A DNA stretch of 64,000 nt, taken from positions 12,020 to 76,019 of the forward strand of contig DAOUUU010000001.1 of NCBI GenBank assembly GCA_030667985.1. The letters run 5' to 3'. The notes beneath the pieces are model-generated. The model saw nothing but the letters and a program-made list of their open reading frames with translations. It had not been told where the DNA came from and made no database searches. Shown here in pieces: positions 52,051 to 60,846 of the stretch. The translations under genes were made by a program, and so were the position numbers. The number at the start of each line of letters is the position of its first letter. Within the stretch, counting starts at the first letter, position 1. The DNA is from Candidatus Krumholzibacteriota bacterium (GTDB lineage: Bacteria > Krumholzibacteriota > Krumholzibacteriia > Krumholzibacteriales > Krumholzibacteriaceae).

Positions 52051-53571
52051 TCAGTCGGACAGTTTCCTGTCGTAGAGTCGCCACGGGGGGATCTCCCGAA
52101 GGAGCGCACGTCCCGAGACGTGGTGACCGGCGAGCTTCGGGATGTTTCCTCTCGTGAGCAGGTAATCCATCTCTTCGTACCGGCCTTGGGAGCCGTCCGT
52201 CTTTCCGGCCCATTCCTTGTAGTGGGGGAGCCGCGCTCCGCCCGGCCTGCGCCGTACCGAGCCAAACCGGTAATCCACTAGAGAGGTTGCGGCGATTCCT
52301 CCCTTCCACACCGTGTAGTATGATGGGAAGTGAAGATAGACTGCATGGTTTCGGTACTCGTGATCCATGATGAGCCCGGCGAGCCTCCCGCCGGTCTTCT
52401 CCGGGGGAAAGAACGATGAATCGAAACCTTTGTTCTCTGAATCGAAGCCGGCGAAGTAGCTGGCCCAGAGGATGAGGTGAACAGCGGCTGCGGCTATATA
52501 GAGGGTCCTCGGGAGCGATCCGATCCCAGAACGTTTGACGCATGCGCCCAGAAACACCAGGGAGAGAAGCAGCAGGACGGAGAATCTTTGGTACAGGATC
52601 GTCTGTTGGGGGATCTCGTGCGGGAGGAGAAAGAAGCTGGCGAGCGAACAGGCGAAGAGGATAAAGGGAACCGACCGGACAAGTCTGCCGCGGTCCGATT
52701 TTCCGTGGGCGCGAATAAGGCTGATAACCCCGGGCGCGGCGATGGCGCAAGTCAGTGCCGAGCCCGCGAGGATCCCGTACCATTCCTTGTAGAGATGGTA
52801 GTTGTCGAGGAAGAGTATGTGAGCTCTCGGCAATATACTTTGAAAGAAACCGCCCGCATAGTAGACGGTCAGGAATCTGGCCAAGCCCTCTCCACCCTGC
52901 TGGGAACGCCACCAGACGACAAATAGCAACACGAGGGGCAGAGCTGGAGCGAGACGGGAGAGAAGCTCGAGAGGTCCGCCACGGGATCGGATCAGGCCGC
53001 AGACAACGAAGATCAGCAGCGCGAAGAGCGCCGCGAGGGCGTGGACGAAAAAGAGCGATACGAACAGAAGTGTGAGCAACGCTGTCTTGCCTGATCCTCC
53101 CTGTTCGAAGTATCCGACGAGCAATCCGGCGAAGAGCAGGACGAGGGAGATCGAGAAGAAGAATCCAACGAAGCCCCAGCTCACACTGTAGTTGTAGAGA
53201 AGCACGAATGCGGCGATCGAGTGCCAGTGGTTTCCGCCTGTCCGTCTCAGAAAAAACAGGGCCGAAAGCGGCAGGAGTAATATGTAGAGAGAGAGAAAGA
53301 CCCGGTTCGCGAACTCCACGGACGGAAAGAACTTCAGGCTGCAGAAGAGCGGGTGAAATACATTCGGACGGGGGAATAGCTCGATCTTGAAATAGTCGGA
53401 GAATGAGACGGCCGGATCGCTGTAGTGACGTATGATCGTCGCCGCTGCCAGATGATTGGGCAGATCGGTGAAGGGAAAGAGCCTCGTCGTCCAGATCATG
53501 ACGAGATGGAGCGCGATGAATCCGGCGAAGACCGGAACGAACCAGCATCTGTCGGATCTAGTGCTCAGCAT
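52051..53571 (-). CDS. Polytopic integral membrane protein with C-terminal periplasmic domain (GT-C-like / unknown function)
   Basis: At least 12 hydrophobic helices in the first ~400 aa. The overlapping ORF 52040..53548 in another frame is Arg/Pro-rich and rejected. Confidence 0.5.
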   Translation of the reverse strand: MLSTRSDRCWFVPVFAGFIALHLVMIWTTRLFPFTDLPNHLAAATIIRHYSDPAVSFSDYFKIELFPRPNVFHPLFCSLKFFPSVEFANRVFLSLYILLLPLSALFFLRRTGGNHWHSIAAFVLLYNYSVSWGFVGFFFSISLVLLFAGLLVGYFEQGGSGKTALLTLLFVSLFFVHALAALFALLIFVVCGLIRSRGGPLELLSRLAPALPLVLLFVVWWRSQQGGEGLARFLTVYYAGGFFQSILPRAHILFLDNYHLYKEWYGILAGSALTCAIAAPGVISLIRAHGKSDRGRLVRSVPFILFACSLASFFLLPHEIPQQTILYQRFSVLLLLSLVFLGACVKRSGIGSLPRTLYIAAAAVHLILWASYFAGFDSENKGFDSSFFPPEKTGGRLAGLIMDHEYRNHAVYLHFPSYYTVWKGGIAATSLVDYRFGSVRRRPGGARLPHYKEWAGKTDGSQGRYEEMDYLLTRGNIPKLAGHHVSGRALLREIPPWRLYDRKLSD

Positions 53572-53654
53572 AATCCTTTCGCCGGTGGAATGTGGCGTTC
53601 GTCCGGAGCTATTGTAGCGGACGGAGCGCGGCGTGGCAATGGATGATAGGGAAT

Positions 53655-54566
53655 TCAGCCGATCTCGATCATACGCTCGATCGACGAGAGTGCGAGCCCT
53701 GCTACATCGGGAGCTACCCTTATGATGGGTTCGAGCGCTTCGAGCGAGGAGAGGATCTTCTCGAGCGAGATCTTTTTCATGTTCGGGCAGACGGCCTGCT
53801 TTGAGGCGGCGATGAAGTACTTTTCGGGGTATAGCTTTTCGAGGCGGTAGACCATTCCGGTCTCTGTTCCGACGATGAAGGTCTCCGCGTTGCTCTTGCT
53901 CGCGAATCTTATCATCCCGCCCGTTCCGAGAATCTGGTCGGCGACGCCGGCCACTTCGGGATTCACCTCGGGGTGGACCATAACGACCGCGTCCGGGTTT
54001 TCTTTCCGGAGCTTCTCGATCTGTTCGGGGAATATCTTCTGGTGCGACGGGCAGTACCCGTTCCAGACGATCATCTCCCTGTCCGTTTGGCTCCGGACCC
54101 AGCCGCCGAGGTATTGGTCCGGGCCGAAGATGATCCTCTTGCCATTGGGAATCGATTCAACGACCTTGACAGCGTTCGCCGAGGTGCAGCAGGAATCGGT
54201 ATGCGCCTTGACCTCGGCGGTCGAATTGATATACATGACGACGGCAGCATCGGGATGGTCCTTCTTGAGCAAGACGAGATCGTCGGCGCTAAGCATGTCG
54301 GCCATCGGGCAGCCGGCAGATGGATCCGGCAGGATGATCTTCTTTTCGGGTGACAGGATGGCTGCGGTCTCCGCCATGAAGTGGACGCCGCAGAAGATGA
54401 TGATCCGTTCTTCGATTCGCTGGGCGAGGCGGCTCAAGTCGAGCGAATCGCCAAGGTGGTCGGCGATATCCTGTATTTCGGGAGGCTGATAGTTATGGGC
54501 GAGGATCACCGCGCCCCGGTCCTTCTTCAGCCGCCGTATCTTCTCTGCGAGTTCCCGTTTCGCCAT
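53655..54566 (-). CDS. nadA: Quinolinate synthase NadA
   Basis: NadA pattern including ILAHNYQ, three Cys for the [4Fe-4S] cluster, 303 aa. Confidence 0.9.
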   Translation of the reverse strand: MAKRELAEKIRRLKKDRGAVILAHNYQPPEIQDIADHLGDSLDLSRLAQRIEERIIIFCGVHFMAETAAILSPEKKIILPDPSAGCPMADMLSADDLVLLKKDHPDAAVVMYINSTAEVKAHTDSCCTSANAVKVVESIPNGKRIIFGPDQYLGGWVRSQTDREMIVWNGYCPSHQKIFPEQIEKLRKENPDAVVMVHPEVNPEVAGVADQILGTGGMIRFASKSNAETFIVGTETGMVYRLEKLYPEKYFIAASKQAVCPNMKKISLEKILSSLEALEPIIRVAPDVAGLALSSIERMIEIG

Positions 54567-54582
54567 CGGCCGTCCCCTCCGT

Positions 54583-55164
54583 TCACTCGTCCTTGCTCAG
54601 GTCGGCGCTGCAGTGTGGACATGCGTTCTCGCTCGTCGCGGCTAGTTTCCCGCAGGATGGGCATTCGACGAACTGTATTTTGCAGCTCCTGCAGAGCGGC
54701 GGCGTTTCGTCGAGTTGCGTGTCGCAGTAGGGGCAGTTATCGACATGCTCCTTCTTGTGCGGATGAACCTTTTTTTCGACAGGCTCACCCGTCTCCAGCC
54801 GTTTGCGGTAGTCCTTGATCGCCTCGTGGAGGGCGTCGGCCCCGAGGTTGGAGCAGTGGAGCTTGTTCTTGGGAAGCCCGCCCAGCTGCTCGGCGACCAT
54901 GTCGTTGGTGATCTCCATCGCCTCGTCGAGCGGTTTGCCTATGGCCATCTCGCTTACCATGCTAGAGACGGCGATAGCGGCGCCGCAGCCGAAGGTCTTG
55001 AACTTGACACCCTCAATGCGATCGTCCTTGACCGTTATGTAAAAGGTCATCATGTCCCCGCAGACGGGGTTTCCAACCTCGCCCACGCCGTCGGGCGTAT
55101 CGATCTCCCCGACGTTACGCGGGTTCATGAAGTGATCCATCACCTTGTCACTGTAGAGAGCCAT
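54583..55164 (-). CDS. nifU: NifU/IscU-type Fe-S scaffold with C-terminal double zinc-ribbon extension
   Basis: The N-terminal ~125 aa are an IscU domain (NPRNVG..D..G.VGNPVCGDMM, KFKTFGCGAAIA, CSNLGADAL). The C-terminal ~60 aa carry CPYC, CRSC, CPSC and CPHC. Confidence 0.8.
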   Translation of the reverse strand: MALYSDKVMDHFMNPRNVGEIDTPDGVGEVGNPVCGDMMTFYITVKDDRIEGVKFKTFGCGAAIAVSSMVSEMAIGKPLDEAMEITNDMVAEQLGGLPKNKLHCSNLGADALHEAIKDYRKRLETGEPVEKKVHPHKKEHVDNCPYCDTQLDETPPLCRSCKIQFVECPSCGKLAATSENACPHCSADLSKDE

Positions 55165-55165
55165 C

Positions 55166-56341
55166 TCATTTCCTCTTGTAAAGTGGTGACATCTCGCGCA
55201 GGCGCGAGATGACGGGTTTCATTGCATCTATTACTCTATCGACATCTTCGATCGAATTGTCAAGCCCAAGAGTCATGACGATTGAACCCTGAGCGGTCGC
55301 CGCGTCGAGACCGATCGCCTCGAGGACATGGCTTCCCTTGAGCGACTTCGATGTGCAGGCGGAGCCGCTCGCCGCCATGACGCCCATCTGATCGAGAAAG
55401 AGCAGCAGTCCCTCCCCCTCGATATACTCTACGCAGAAACTGGCGTGGCCCGGCAGCCGTTTCACCGGGTGGCCGGTCGGGATTACATCCTCGATCTCGG
55501 CCGGCAGGCGCGAGATCAAAGCATCGCGTATCGGTTTGAGCTTTCCGGCGCTTTCCTTCAAACGCTCCGCGGCTATCTCGGCCGCCTTGCCCAATCCCGC
55601 GATTGCGGGGATGTTTTCCTGTCCAGCCCTGATTCCCCGCTCCTGAACACCGCCCGTGATGATCGGCTTCGGCCTGACACTTTTCTCAATGACCAGTGCG
55701 GCGGCTCCGGGCGGGCCGCCGAAGTTCTGGCCGGCGAGTGTGAGTGCGCTTATACCGGAACCGGTCATATCTATGGGGATCTGGCCGGCTGCGCCCCAGG
55801 CGTCCGTGTGGAACGGAACCTGGTGCTCGCGGCAGAGCGCCGCCAGCTCGTCGACCGGCTCGAGCGTGCCTATCTCGGTGCTCGCGTAAATGACTGAGAC
55901 CATGGCCGCGCCCTTTTCCAGTTCCGCAGCGAGGGAATCGCGCGAGATGAACCCCTCCCCGTCGACAGGCAGGGTCACGAGTTCGAACCCCTCCCTCGTC
56001 AGGGCTTTAGCCGGCTCCAGGATGGAGTGGTGCTCGATCGAGGAGACGATGATCCTGGCTGAGGCCTTTTTTCTGGCGCGGGCTATCCCCAGTATCGCGA
56101 GGTTGTTCGCCTCTGAGCCGGACGCCGTGAAGATGACCCCGTCGGGATCGGCGCCTACAAGCCCCGCCACCTTCTCGCGCGCGGCCAGGAGGACGTCGGC
56201 GGCACGCTGGCCTCTCGCGTGAACGCTCTGAGGATTGCCGAAGCCGCTCATAAGGAGCAGTTTCATCACTTCGACAGCCTCGGGAAGGACCGGCCCGGCG
56301 GCTATATGGTCCAGATATATCTCTTTCTCTTTTTTTATCAT
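55166..56341 (-). CDS. iscS: Cysteine desulfurase NifS/IscS
   Basis: PLP-dependent class V aminotransferase pattern. The active-site Cys lies in the SGSACTS region; 391 aa. Confidence 0.9.
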   Translation of the reverse strand: MIKKEKEIYLDHIAAGPVLPEAVEVMKLLLMSGFGNPQSVHARGQRAADVLLAAREKVAGLVGADPDGVIFTASGSEANNLAILGIARARKKASARIIVSSIEHHSILEPAKALTREGFELVTLPVDGEGFISRDSLAAELEKGAAMVSVIYASTEIGTLEPVDELAALCREHQVPFHTDAWGAAGQIPIDMTGSGISALTLAGQNFGGPPGAAALVIEKSVRPKPIITGGVQERGIRAGQENIPAIAGLGKAAEIAAERLKESAGKLKPIRDALISRLPAEIEDVIPTGHPVKRLPGHASFCVEYIEGEGLLLFLDQMGVMAASGSACTSKSLKGSHVLEAIGLDAATAQGSIVMTLGLDNSIEDVDRVIDAMKPVISRLREMSPLYKRK

Positions 56342-56660
56342 GGTTTTACCCCGCTATGTAAGGTGCCCTTCAGGAAGAACAGGCAGAAATACCGACAATT
56401 GTTATCAGGAATAATCTATTTGGATATCCCCCGTAATGCAAAGAAAAAACATGCTTGCGCTTGATCGGGCAAGCCGGGATGCCTCGTTCGTCCAGGCATC
56501 AGGACATCATTATATTATATATATAAGCGTTTACAAAATCCCTTAAGATAAAAAATTTAGTGGAACTATTGTAAGGAATTATTTTATAATAGAATATTGG
56601 CCTTCGAGCCTATTCATAATTGCGTAATACAACATGTTAACCCTATTGGGAGGGTATTGT

Positions 56661-57743
56661 ATGGACATGCGTGTGAAGTATGTGGCCCTTATCCTGCTGG
56701 GCGCGTTTCTCCTGGCCGCAGTCGCTCTGCCGGCCATGGCCGACGAGAAGTCGAAGAAATTTCCGAAGTTCTTCACTCCCAAAACGGCTGTGGAGGTCGG
56801 CGAGTTCATCGAGGGCAAGGATATCGAGTATACCTTCATTGTTAGAAATCATGGACTCGCGGAACTGCATATCAACAGTGTGAGGCCTGGCTGAGGCTGC
56901 GCGGTGGCCGACCATGACAAGGTCATCCCTTCCGGGTCGGAAGGAAAAATTTCAGTCAAGATCAACGGGCACAAGATACACCCCGGACGCTTCAAGAAGA
57001 GCTGGACGGTGAGCACGAACGATCCCGATAACAAGCGGCTGGTCCTCTATGTCGGCGGCTCGGTCAAGAAGGTCTTCGAGTTCTCGGGACAGCTCTCCAT
57101 GTCCGGGTTCAGGGATGAGGAGATGGAGGAAGAGATGATCCTGACCAATCTTCTCGACGAGCCGATCAACATAAAGGGATGGAGTTGGGACGAGAAGTCG
57201 GCCAAAAGGGGCATCGAAGAGAAGATCGGCATCAAGCTCGACGTGGTGGAGCAGGGGCGGAAGTACAAGATCTCCGCCTGGAAGAGATCCGGGGTCAAAC
57301 CCGAGCATTACAGGGGCGAGATCGTTCTCGAGACCGACCATCCGGAAATCAAGGAGAAGAAGATCGGTGTCAGGATGACGGTGACTCCCGATGTCGAGGT
57401 TCATCCGAACAAGGTCTATTTCGGCGAGATGATCGTCAAAGAGGGCGTGAGTAAGAGCTTCGACCGCCAGATCCGCATCATCGCGTCGAGGAGCGACACC
57501 CTCAAGATATTGAAGGTCGTCCCGGACAGCGATGAGATAACGGTCAAGATCCAGGAGGTGCAGGCGGGAAAGGTCTACAAGGGAACCGTCAGCGTGAGGC
57601 CCCCGTCGAAGGTGGGTACCTACCAGGGGAGCATCAAGATCTACACGAATTATCCCGGGTACGAGGAGCTGATAGTCGTGGTCGCGGGCGCGATACGTCA
57701 ATCGTCGCAGGCTACGAAATTCAAGGATAAGAAGCGCCCCTGA
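56661..57743 (+). CDS. DUF1573-family secreted protein interrupted by a single in-frame TGA (56892-56894): candidate selenoprotein, or pseudogene
   Basis: ORFs 56634..56894 and 56904..57743 are in the same frame, separated only by TGA GGC TGC GCG. The joined product has a signal peptide (AMA-DE) and the DUF1573 pattern. In that pattern the conserved R-[AS]-S-C-G-C-T motif reads R-P-G-TGA-G-C-A. Start is the ATG at 56661 after GGGAGGG. Confidence 0.55.
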
Positions 57744-57828
57744 GCGGCGTTGTAACATATAACCGTAATCGGGTGCGCACTTCGATGAAGGGCGCGCCCG
57801 ATTCATTGTAGAGAAAGGCATTGCCGAT

Positions 57829-58740
57829 ATGAAGCTGCGTATGATAACGGGCACGCTGATACTACTGCTTTTCGCCGGAGCCCTCGACGCGTTCGGTGAT
57901 TCGGCGGCCGAATTCGAGCGGATGATGGCCGAGCTGCTTCAGAAGAAGCAGCAGGTCGATCCTCAGGAGTTCTTGCTGGTCGCCGAGCAGCGCATGACCG
58001 ATTTTCTGGAAAAATATCCCGACTCGCCCGAAGCGGCCGATGTTCACCTGAACCTTGGACAGCTCTTCGCCCAGGCGGGATCTCCCGATAGGGCCGTCTC
58101 TCATCTCGAGATCTACCTCGAGCACAGCGTGGGCAGGATGCCGGTGGAGGTGGCGGTGGCCAAGTTCTTCCTGGCGCAGGGGTACATAGCCCGGGACGAA
58201 TTCGACAAGGCAGAGCTGTATCTCCAGGAGGTGCAAGCCTCGGGGGATGCCGCCCCATTGCAGCTACGGCAGATGACGGAGATGTCGATCCAGAGGATAC
58301 CGATCCTCAAAAAGCTCAAGATAGGCAACCCGGCCCTGCCGATCGACGCCGAGACGACCGCCGGAGACCGGATTGCACTCGGATCCTACAGGGGCAAGGT
58401 GCTGTTGGTCGATTTCTGGGCTAGCTGGTGCAAGCCGTGCAGGCAGGAGATGCCGACAGTGAAATCTGTTTACAAGGAGTTCCACGAAAAGGGATTCGAG
58501 ATACTCGGAATCTCCCTGGACCAGAGCGAGGCGAGCTTTGAGGGCTACATAGAGGAGCAGGGCATAACCTGGCCCCAGATCTTCGACGGCAAGGGATGGA
58601 AGAGCTCCGTTGGACAGCGGTATGGGATCAATTCGATTCCCGCGACATTTCTGATCGACCGAAAAGGCACGATCAGGTACAGGGACCTGCGCGGCGACAA
58701 GCTTCGGGAAGCGGTGCGGGAACTCATCGAGTCAGGGTGA
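57829..58740 (+). CDS. TlpA/ResA-like thiol:disulfide oxidoreductase (thioredoxin fold) with N-terminal helical-repeat domain
   Basis: C-terminal thioredoxin domain with the WCKPC active site (LVDFWASWCKPCRQEMP). N-terminal TPR-like region and signal peptide. Confidence 0.8.
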   Translation: MKLRMITGTLILLLFAGALDAFGDSAAEFERMMAELLQKKQQVDPQEFLLVAEQRMTDFLEKYPDSPEAADVHLNLGQLFAQAGSPDRAVSHLEIYLEHSVGRMPVEVAVAKFFLAQGYIARDEFDKAELYLQEVQASGDAAPLQLRQMTEMSIQRIPILKKLKIGNPALPIDAETTAGDRIALGSYRGKVLLVDFWASWCKPCRQEMPTVKSVYKEFHEKGFEILGISLDQSEASFEGYIEEQGITWPQIFDGKGWKSSVGQRYGINSIPATFLIDRKGTIRYRDLRGDKLREAVRELIESG

Positions 58741-58761
58741 TCTGAACGAATCAGATTTTTC
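58740..58761 (+). terminator. Short rho-independent terminator after the thioredoxin-like gene
   Basis: A 6-bp stem ATCTGA-ACGAA-TCAGAT followed by TTTTT. Confidence 0.4.
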
Positions 58762-58773
58762 TGAAAAAAATCT

Positions 58774-58800
58774 TGACACTTTCCCGCGTCTGTGGATAAT
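58774..58800 (+). promoter_or_regulatory. Sigma-70-type promoter (TTGACA-N16-GATAAT) overlapping a perfect DnaA box TGTGGATAA
   Basis: TTGACA at 58774-58779, GATAAT at 58795-58800, and TGTGGATAA at 58791-58799. It lies about 120 nt upstream of the 58919 operon. Confidence 0.45.
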
Positions 58801-58918
58801 TACGTCTTGTATTTTATTGGGTTGGGTGGTTGTCCGGGGTGAAAATCTCAGTAAAAACAGGCGACTTCAGATTGGCTCTTCGTTCAGTAGTGCAGCCATT
58901 TTCATAGATAGGGAATAG

Positions 58919-59971
58919 ATGCACTTTATCGACTCGACAAATTTTGAGAGGCTTTTGAAAAAGCTCTCTAGCGAGGGAGAGCTTTTTGTTCCTGTCCGGA
59001 ACGAAGAAAACGGCAAGCTCTCGCTCTCGCGCGTGGATGCCTTCCCGCTTGACGAGAATGTCTGTTTCGACGGATATCGGACCGTCGAGCCTCTCAAGGG
59101 CTTTGCCCAGTTCCTGAGGTCTCCCGTCGCCGAATACCCGTCGGCGGACAGTGACGAGATGGCCGATCCGGATGGTTTTCCCGACTATATAGTCGTGGGC
59201 GCGCGCGCCTGCGATGTCAACTCCCTCGAGCTCATCGACAGGATCCAGGTCGAGGGCGAATTCATCGATCCTTTCTACAAGATACGGCGGGACAAGTTGC
59301 TTTTGATAGCCGCCGATTGTTCCGAGTGCGGCGATAGCTGTTTCTGCACGCTGCTGGGGAATAAGCCGTGGCCGGAAAAGGGCTTCGATCTATCTATCGC
59401 AAAAGTGAGCGGCGGATTCGTCGTCGATATCGGTTCGGACCGGGGGACGGCGGTATTCGAGGAGAACAAGGATCTCTTCACCGAGACCCGAGAAGGCCAG
59501 ATCAAGGCGAGGGATGAGATCAGGGAAAGGGTCGCCAGCGAGCTCGAACAAAAGAACAAGGACTTTCCGGCTGCCGACAAGCTTCCCGAAATACTCAGGG
59601 GAGCTCTAAACGACGAGGTCTGGGACGAGATCGCGGCGCACTGCGTTGAATGCGGAGCCTGCACGAACATCTGCCCGACCTGTTACTGCTTCCTGTTGTT
59701 CGACCAGAAACTTGACGGGGAACATTTTCAGCGGGTCCAGAGCTGGGATTCTTGCCAGGTCACCGGCTACGCCCGGATGGCTGGAATGCTGAATCCGAGG
59801 CCCAGGCTCACGGACCGGGTCAAGCACCGTTACTATCACAAGTACGATTATCTCGTGTCGAGTCACGAGGCGATCTACTGCACCGGATGCGGCAGGTGCA
59901 TCGATACCTGCTCGGCCGGTATAGACATGCGTGAATCCTTTAAAAAGGTGAAAGAGAAAGCAAAAAGGTAG
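58919..59971 (+). CDS. Fe-S subunit, AsrA/sulfhydrogenase-beta (HydB)-like
   Basis: Two ferredoxin-type cysteine motifs (CVECGACTNICPTCYC and CTGCGRCIDTCSAG). 350 aa. Confidence 0.65.
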   Translation: MHFIDSTNFERLLKKLSSEGELFVPVRNEENGKLSLSRVDAFPLDENVCFDGYRTVEPLKGFAQFLRSPVAEYPSADSDEMADPDGFPDYIVVGARACDVNSLELIDRIQVEGEFIDPFYKIRRDKLLLIAADCSECGDSCFCTLLGNKPWPEKGFDLSIAKVSGGFVVDIGSDRGTAVFEENKDLFTETREGQIKARDEIRERVASELEQKNKDFPAADKLPEILRGALNDEVWDEIAAHCVECGACTNICPTCYCFLLFDQKLDGEHFQRVQSWDSCQVTGYARMAGMLNPRPRLTDRVKHRYYHKYDYLVSSHEAIYCTGCGRCIDTCSAGIDMRESFKKVKEKAKR

Positions 59972-60804
59972 TGAAAGCGGAACAAATGAAAAACCCGTAC
60001 TACCCAATAGACGCGGTCATCGAGGAGATCATCGAAGAGACACCGACGATCAAGACGTTCGTGCTGAAGCCGGCACGGCCGATCGAGTTCCGCGCGGGGC
60101 AGTTCATGCAGCTGACCCTCCCGGGTATCGGCGAAGCGCCCTTTACACCGAGCTCGTCTCCCAAGGTGACCGAGAAGATGGAGATCACGATCCTTCGGAC
60201 GGGCAAGGTGACCGACGCCCTCCACGAGAGCGAAGCGGGCGCGAAGGTGGGACTCAGGGGACCTTTCGGCAAGGGATATCCGCTCGACAAACTCAAGGGC
60301 AAGGAGGTGCTCCTCGTTGGAGGAGGCGTTGGCCTGGCGCCCCTGCGCTCGCTGATCCATGCTCTGCTCGACAAGCCGTCGGACTACAAGCGGATCTCGA
60401 TAAAGAACGGAGCGAGGCTTCCCGAGGAACTCTGTTTCAATGACCAGTACGATGAGTGGGGCAATGCCGCTCCGAACGTGGATTTCACCTGCACGATCGA
60501 TACTCCCGCGTCTGGATGGGAGGGCAAGGTGGGCCTCGTTACGACGCTGCTCGATAATCTCGACATCGACATAGAGAATAGCATAGCGCTCTCCTGCGGG
60601 CCGGAGATAATGCTCAAGTTTGTTACCCTGAAACTACTGGAGGTTGGTTACAAGCCTCCTCAGATCTACCTGTCGATGAATCGCAAGATGTCGTGCGGCA
60701 TGGGCAAGTGCGGGCGCTGTAACGTCGGGCACTACTATCTCTGTGTCGACGGCCCCGACATGTGTTACGACAAGATCAAGCACGTACCGAACGTGTTCGG
60801 ATAA
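59971..60804 (+). CDS. FAD/NAD(P)-binding oxidoreductase subunit with C-terminal [2Fe-2S] (AsrB/HydG/PyrK-like)
   Basis: Flavin-binding RAGQF region, a GGGVGLAP NAD(P) fold and a C-terminal CGMGKCGRC...C cluster. Confidence 0.7.
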   Translation: MKAEQMKNPYYPIDAVIEEIIEETPTIKTFVLKPARPIEFRAGQFMQLTLPGIGEAPFTPSSSPKVTEKMEITILRTGKVTDALHESEAGAKVGLRGPFGKGYPLDKLKGKEVLLVGGGVGLAPLRSLIHALLDKPSDYKRISIKNGARLPEELCFNDQYDEWGNAAPNVDFTCTIDTPASGWEGKVGLVTTLLDNLDIDIENSIALSCGPEIMLKFVTLKLLEVGYKPPQIYLSMNRKMSCGMGKCGRCNVGHYYLCVDGPDMCYDKIKHVPNVFG

Positions 60805-60846
60805 ACCCGGACGGCCCAGGCCGGGCCGTGTAACCGGAGAAGAGAT

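Noticed and set aside
52040-53548. ORF 52040..53548 (-), overlapping 52051..53571 in another frame
   Set aside because: Its translation is Arg/Pro/Ser-rich with no hydrophobic helices. The other frame gives a coherent polytopic membrane protein.
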